Part shown: positions 60,901-64,000 of the stretch, piece after piece | Layout: every line of letters starts with the position of its first letter | How positions within the stretch are numbered: position 1 is the first letter of the stretch | IMG/VR virus record: IMGVR_UViG_3300028783_000001 | Coordinates: 96,001-160,000 of that record | DNA: 64,000 nt | Reading direction: 5' to 3' (one strand) | Origin: a virus | Translations under genes and position numbers: made by a program | Notes under the pieces: model-generated | What the model was told of the DNA's origin: nothing | Seen by the model: the letters and a program-made list of their open reading frames with translations, nothing else | Database searches by the model: none

Positions 60901-63900
60901 CGCAAGGCGTGCCTTGCGGTGCTTCGGATCCTGCCAGTCACGAACTAGCGTATTACTTACTGCAGATGTTACCTTATCACGCCACTCCGTAAACTCTCCA
61001 TGCACCTTGTTACGGTGCCACCGAACTTCTGCCGGATGGGCCGTAAAGTCACAATGCGGACAAGAGTTGCGCATTGCTGATGCGGTATGACGCATTGCCT
61101 CGTTTCCATGCGCTACTATTACTCCATCGTATGCATGTGCACGGTAGCGCTGTACCTTCTGACCATGGGTAATGAGCTCGTCGCCTACTACTAGGTCACG
61201 AGCGTGCACCTCTAGTCCACTGCTCTTGAATATGGCGTGGTTATCAGTAACCTCAAACGATAGAGTCAGGTTACGCTCCTCGTCGCGTACTGAAATTTCT
61301 AACCAGCGCTCATCTCCCTTGACGTCGTGCCGGACCTTCTTGTTTATCTTGCGGCGTATGATCTCCTTGTTTTCTAAATCGTAGGCGAGCACGTGTTGTA
61401 TGGAGTCAGTCTTGTAAATGTCCTCCATCGACATTGACTTACCGTAGTCGGTCAATACATGCATGTAACCTGGGAAGCACTCGTCGGCTACGAGGATACG
61501 AATTGCATCGTTGTCCCGAAACTCCTTAATCGCTTCTGGTGTGCTGGCCGTGAAGTGGATGGCCATCGCCTTATAGCTATCACTCAGATGCTCCATAATA
61601 TGGCGCGACACAACCTTGTTGTAGCCGACGATAATGATCTTGTTTGGATCTGGTGGAACTTCAATATCACCACCCTCTTGACCAGAGAGGTTGATCTTGC
61701 CGCCGTTGAAGTGCTGGCCGATCAACTTATTAATGGTTGCCATCTTTGGGGATAGAAGATCACAACCCTTGCTCTCGAAGTTTGTATTGAGCCCCTTCAT
61801 AGCCATCCAACCAGAGCTGGCCTTATCTGTAAGGTCGCTGTCTGGTGCGTTCAACCACTGTTCTAGACCTGCTAACTTCGTTTTAAGCATGGAGTCCAAG
61901 GCATCTTGCGCAGCCTCGCCCTCCTCACCACCCTTCTCTGCAGCCTCCACTAGAGAGGCAAACTTGCCGTTTTGCATCAGGAGCGCTTGCTGATTGTTTA
62001 TGTAAGCGTCGTAAAACTCCTGCTGGTTGTTGGTCATCTTGCACGCCCACACGCGCTCTACCACAGGTGGTAGCAGGTGAGCCCACTCGCGACGGCTAAC
62101 TTTTATGCGCTTCGCGAACATATCGGTACGTGTGTGTAGCTCCGGTATATCCTTCTGCTCGATAGAATCGTTTGCCTTGATCCGTTTTCCGAGGTCGCCT
62201 AGAGCCATCGGCTCTAGCTGTGCCATCTGGCCGATTAGATCTGCTGGGGTATTTTGAAGTAGGGTTCCTGTGCCGATACGCACATAACCTTCGGTTCCAT
62301 CATCATGGACAGCAGCCTCTGCAGACAAGACGGCAGTAGCCATAGTACGACCGGAGGAGAGCGTCTTGACGCGTTGTGACTCATCAAGTGCGAAGTAGTC
62401 AAAGTTTAGCTCAGCGAGGAAGGCTGCCCGTGGGAAGAACATCTCAGGGTCAGCTGCACCCATAAACACCTTTTTAGCTTCACCGCTAAGCCAGTTGTAA
62501 TCGACGACAAACAGCGTGTTCGCTGGCTGGGCCATGAGTAACTGCTTCATAGCTAGGGGACTAGACCCGACACGAATGGTGAGCAAGCGCCAGATAACGC
62601 GATTGATCAGAAACGGGCGTAGGTAGCCATTCGTAAACTTAATAACCTCATTTCCGAACTGCGCCATCAAGTTTCGAGGCATAGCAATGCCTGGGCGTTT
62701 AATCTTCCCGGCCTTTAGGAGCTTGGTAACGTCGTTGATGTAGGTCCAGCTCTTACCACCACCAGCGCTAATATCGAAGATAGCCTTGAGAGGAAACTTC
62801 CTAAGCTCTGCGTCGACACGCGCCTGGTGCGGCATGCATGTTTTACAACCCGGCATGTCGTCCAGCATCACAGGCTTCTCCTTATCTAGGATAACCTGCG
62901 CGCGGTTGTTTGCTATCGTCTCACCCAGGATCTTCGAGTAGACCAAGCGCTTCGGAGCATATACACCGAAGAGCGCGAAGTAGGGGCGGACCTGGTACTG
63001 GTTGTAGACGGGCATAGCAGACCCAGCGAGCTTCGCGTAGCACTGGGCAAACGCCAACCCCATCTCAAACAAGCCATTGTTGACCGGGTGTCCCTCGTCT
63101 AGGTGATTAAATGGGACGTCGATCATATTGTCCCACGTAAACTTCAGCGACTTATTCTTAGCGACCATCTCATCGACCATGGAGATCCAGTTCGCATGGA
63201 CGCCTACTCCAAACTTACTGCATAGCTCCAACATGCGCGCCAGCATCGCGCTATCTGGCGTGGAGTTCATGACATGGGCTATCACACCAGGAACGAGCGG
63301 GCGAGCACCAGTAAGGTCGATAACGAATGCATCACCATTATCATTGGTGATGAACATCTTAGAGATTACCCAGTCAGTAGCTATGTGCAGGCCGAGCGCG
63401 TCGGCTGATGATACCGTTCCTGTCTTGGGATTGACGCACGAGTTCAAAACGTTTTTCCAGCTAGTGGCCTTATCCGCCGGCGGTACCCAATAAATATCTC
63501 CTGTGGGAACCGTACAGAATCCTTCACCATTAACGCGTGGGCGTGGGCTCAGGTTGAAGCGCTCAGCCACGGATTTGGACATGTGAGCGTTTGCGTCTGG
63601 GTGAGCCATTCGGCCCTTCGGAACCTTCTTACCCTTAGCATCTTCCTTGCACCACCAAGCATGCAAGCGCTTTATGTTGCTCCAAAAGCTGAAGGGAATG
63701 AAGTCCTCTTCGCTCGTAGCTGACGTCGACCACATTGCATACTCAAACGGGAATACAATCTCCGCCTTGACCATGATCTCTGCGTTGAATGTATTGTGCT
63801 GGTTGATGTGTGGTGGGTGCTCATTGGTTAGATATAGGGAAGAAACTGCCAACTGTAGCTTCACGATACCCTTATATTCCTTCCACTCGGCAATGTCGAG

Positions 63901-63999
63901 TTGGCCTACACCTGGTATATTGAACCCAGCTATCTGCTCTAGGGGAAGCTCAGCAGACGATGTAGATGGGTCGAGGATTGCAACACCATCATCCCCAAT
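57928..63999 (-). CDS. Giant SNF2/SF2-like helicase with intein, 5'-partial
   Basis: MPHQ, ISAGGGKS (Walker A), LDESQ (Walker B), GTGTLLQNTP, SPKM, EGHNLQ.ASR, WTPG..EQ..ARLWR; the frame stays open from 63864 to the window end, so the true start is outside. Confidence 0.85.
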   Translation of the reverse strand: MGDDGVAILDPSTSSAELPLEQIAGFNIPGVGQLDIAEWKEYKGIVKLQLAVSSLYLTNEHPPHINQHNTFNAEIMVKAEIVFPFEYAMWSTSATSEEDFIPFSFWSNIKRLHAWWCKEDAKGKKVPKGRMAHPDANAHMSKSVAERFNLSPRPRVNGEGFCTVPTGDIYWVPPADKATSWKNVLNSCVNPKTGTVSSADALGLHIATDWVISKMFITNDNGDAFVIDLTGARPLVPGVIAHVMNSTPDSAMLARMLELCSKFGVGVHANWISMVDEMVAKNKSLKFTWDNMIDVPFNHLDEGHPVNNGLFEMGLAFAQCYAKLAGSAMPVYNQYQVRPYFALFGVYAPKRLVYSKILGETIANNRAQVILDKEKPVMLDDMPGCKTCMPHQARVDAELRKFPLKAIFDISAGGGKSWTYINDVTKLLKAGKIKRPGIAMPRNLMAQFGNEVIKFTNGYLRPFLINRVIWRLLTIRVGSSPLAMKQLLMAQPANTLFVVDYNWLSGEAKKVFMGAADPEMFFPRAAFLAELNFDYFALDESQRVKTLSSGRTMATAVLSAEAAVHDDGTEGYVRIGTGTLLQNTPADLIGQMAQLEPMALGDLGKRIKANDSIEQKDIPELHTRTDMFAKRIKVSRREWAHLLPPVVERVWACKMTNNQQEFYDAYINNQQALLMQNGKFASLVEAAEKGGEEGEAAQDALDSMLKTKLAGLEQWLNAPDSDLTDKASSGWMAMKGLNTNFESKGCDLLSPKMATINKLIGQHFNGGKINLSGQEGGDIEVPPDPNKIIIVGYNKVVSRHIMEHLSDSYKAMAIHFTASTPEAIKEFRDNDAIRILVADECFPGYMHVLTDYGKSMSMEDIYKTDSIQHVLAYDLENKEIIRRKINKKVRHDVKGDERWLEISVRDEERNLTLSFEVTDNHAIFKSSGLEVHARDLVVGDELITHGQKVQRYRAHAYDGVIVAHGNEAMRHTASAMRNSCPHCDFTAHPAEVRWHRNKVHGEFTEWRDKVTSAVSNTLVRDWQDPKHRKARLANIATARTTFENDSVRVAARNAKIQANVDAGIYSDAFARKPKAYRDAQIKRFMEAPNYKGGPNKVETSIIDMGIDNLVYTGDGSYFVTLEVNGKNRNKNPDFIKCPTKCGTCANYADGKCKLWNKAYPTNDTCGLWERSLSFRAKKVVEVADTGYWHSKEEMVGIRSAYSEKGIECLLLDAARKPDYMRARIESHVNNHFLKITRIREIRKKDKLGSYKYDLAVEGDHNYFVVAGSSGAHMRGSIPVLVHNTGLSEGHNLQCASRLIRTQTMWTPGAQEQTLARLWRPDVPGPNGQYKFKRDRIYMDWIIVEPSIDVPKMARMISKKLENAIVSEIQSNANLAKVVNSPENAAYFAQAKRIPMMLKKIVEQDIDITDEDGNLIKKSDMQSREALTNHFAAYTLFLQWEESEYAAERKKLKAELLTRLQKKDPKRKSIADYELGHLSMMETQSTTSPSFAPGDALNALGYVPWTDGFYGMNNTPLELVPVVTKTVKDEPDSAPDVLEAGDVNVDVVIGDPVMTEFGPGWIAPPTKSNALLVWVLIPGLSEKPVLVRRDSITAPSDAANREALIILIKSYGNGGAAVLKIDQQGALVPKSNLIPAQKVVDAVAQGKVLVKAGQITPNSKTKGVKQPKHITIPGVTKPTPGTKPTPGTKPISSGPNLGPEEIQDLFHQHIKANPANKERWKKIQELKSIAKPTSAHKKLLAQLLEERTAARAKAMALAKAGKLPGGGHAGTGQEPVKAPKMTPKFTQPKTPGTQPMPVIVKKPVDDDNGPITMGNKGILKKAATNLDKRDFQAMIYNGIECLITDPGGAKDKILLANGFDHINESIVVQVKNPAGFLRLANLLATKFYIPPAVKANLDAFAIAYAKHKTAFPFKKAQLRIFHTAWVKQERMKASKKGEIRPYGVVENGKVYIYADCHTCPAARNIPKLSMPIGCQKVPQTLAATLIKMTPNIAAVKATVQTLMKEGVVVANQKQFDASVQAVHG
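60151..61479 (-). mobile_element. Intein (443 aa) with non-LAGLIDADG endonuclease
   Basis: CFPGYMHVLT start, VTDNHAIF block B, KYDLAVEGDHNYFV block F, VHN end followed by +1 Thr; internal NPDF...VVEV...YWH nuclease motif and Cys clusters. Confidence 0.93.
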
Positions 64000-64000
64000 C

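Noticed and set aside
63864-64000. GTG 63864 as the helicase start
   Set aside because: The frame is open to the window edge, so the gene probably starts outside the window.

Overview
This window is the virion-morphogenesis region of a large (probably jumbo) contractile-tailed phage, almost all on the minus strand. In transcription order (right to left) it holds a giant SNF2-like helicase (open beyond the window end, with an intein), portal, tRNA-Pro, prohead protease, a block of small, secreted and fibre-like accessory genes, a topoisomerase IB, a secreted CHAP-like peptidase and tRNA-Gly. A short plus-strand module follows (RuvC-like resolvase, a DUF2829/Tad2-like fusion). The minus strand then resumes with scaffold, decoration protein, major capsid protein, a free-standing endonuclease, a glycosyltransferase, neck genes, tail sheath, two tail tubes, tail chaperone, two tape-measure/lysin proteins, the T4-like baseplate genes and tail fibres. 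An alphaproteobacterial host is a weak inference from the accessory genes. The most notable observations are: (1) the sheath gene start is duplicated around an HNH endonuclease gene, and the second copy is split by an ORF-less group I intron at exactly the point where the duplication ends; (2) a Tad2-like anti-defence domain is fused to a diverged copy of part of the phage's own capsid protein; (3) a candidate +1 frameshift (TTT CCC T) lies in the tail chaperone; (4) an HNH intein sits at the catalytic His of a cysteine protease inside the baseplate operon; (5) an intergenic ACCAATTT motif recurs five times; (6) a D-arm-less tRNA-like element is followed by an RGPP-stop mini-ORF. All calls come from reading motifs and synteny by eye; no database searches were run.
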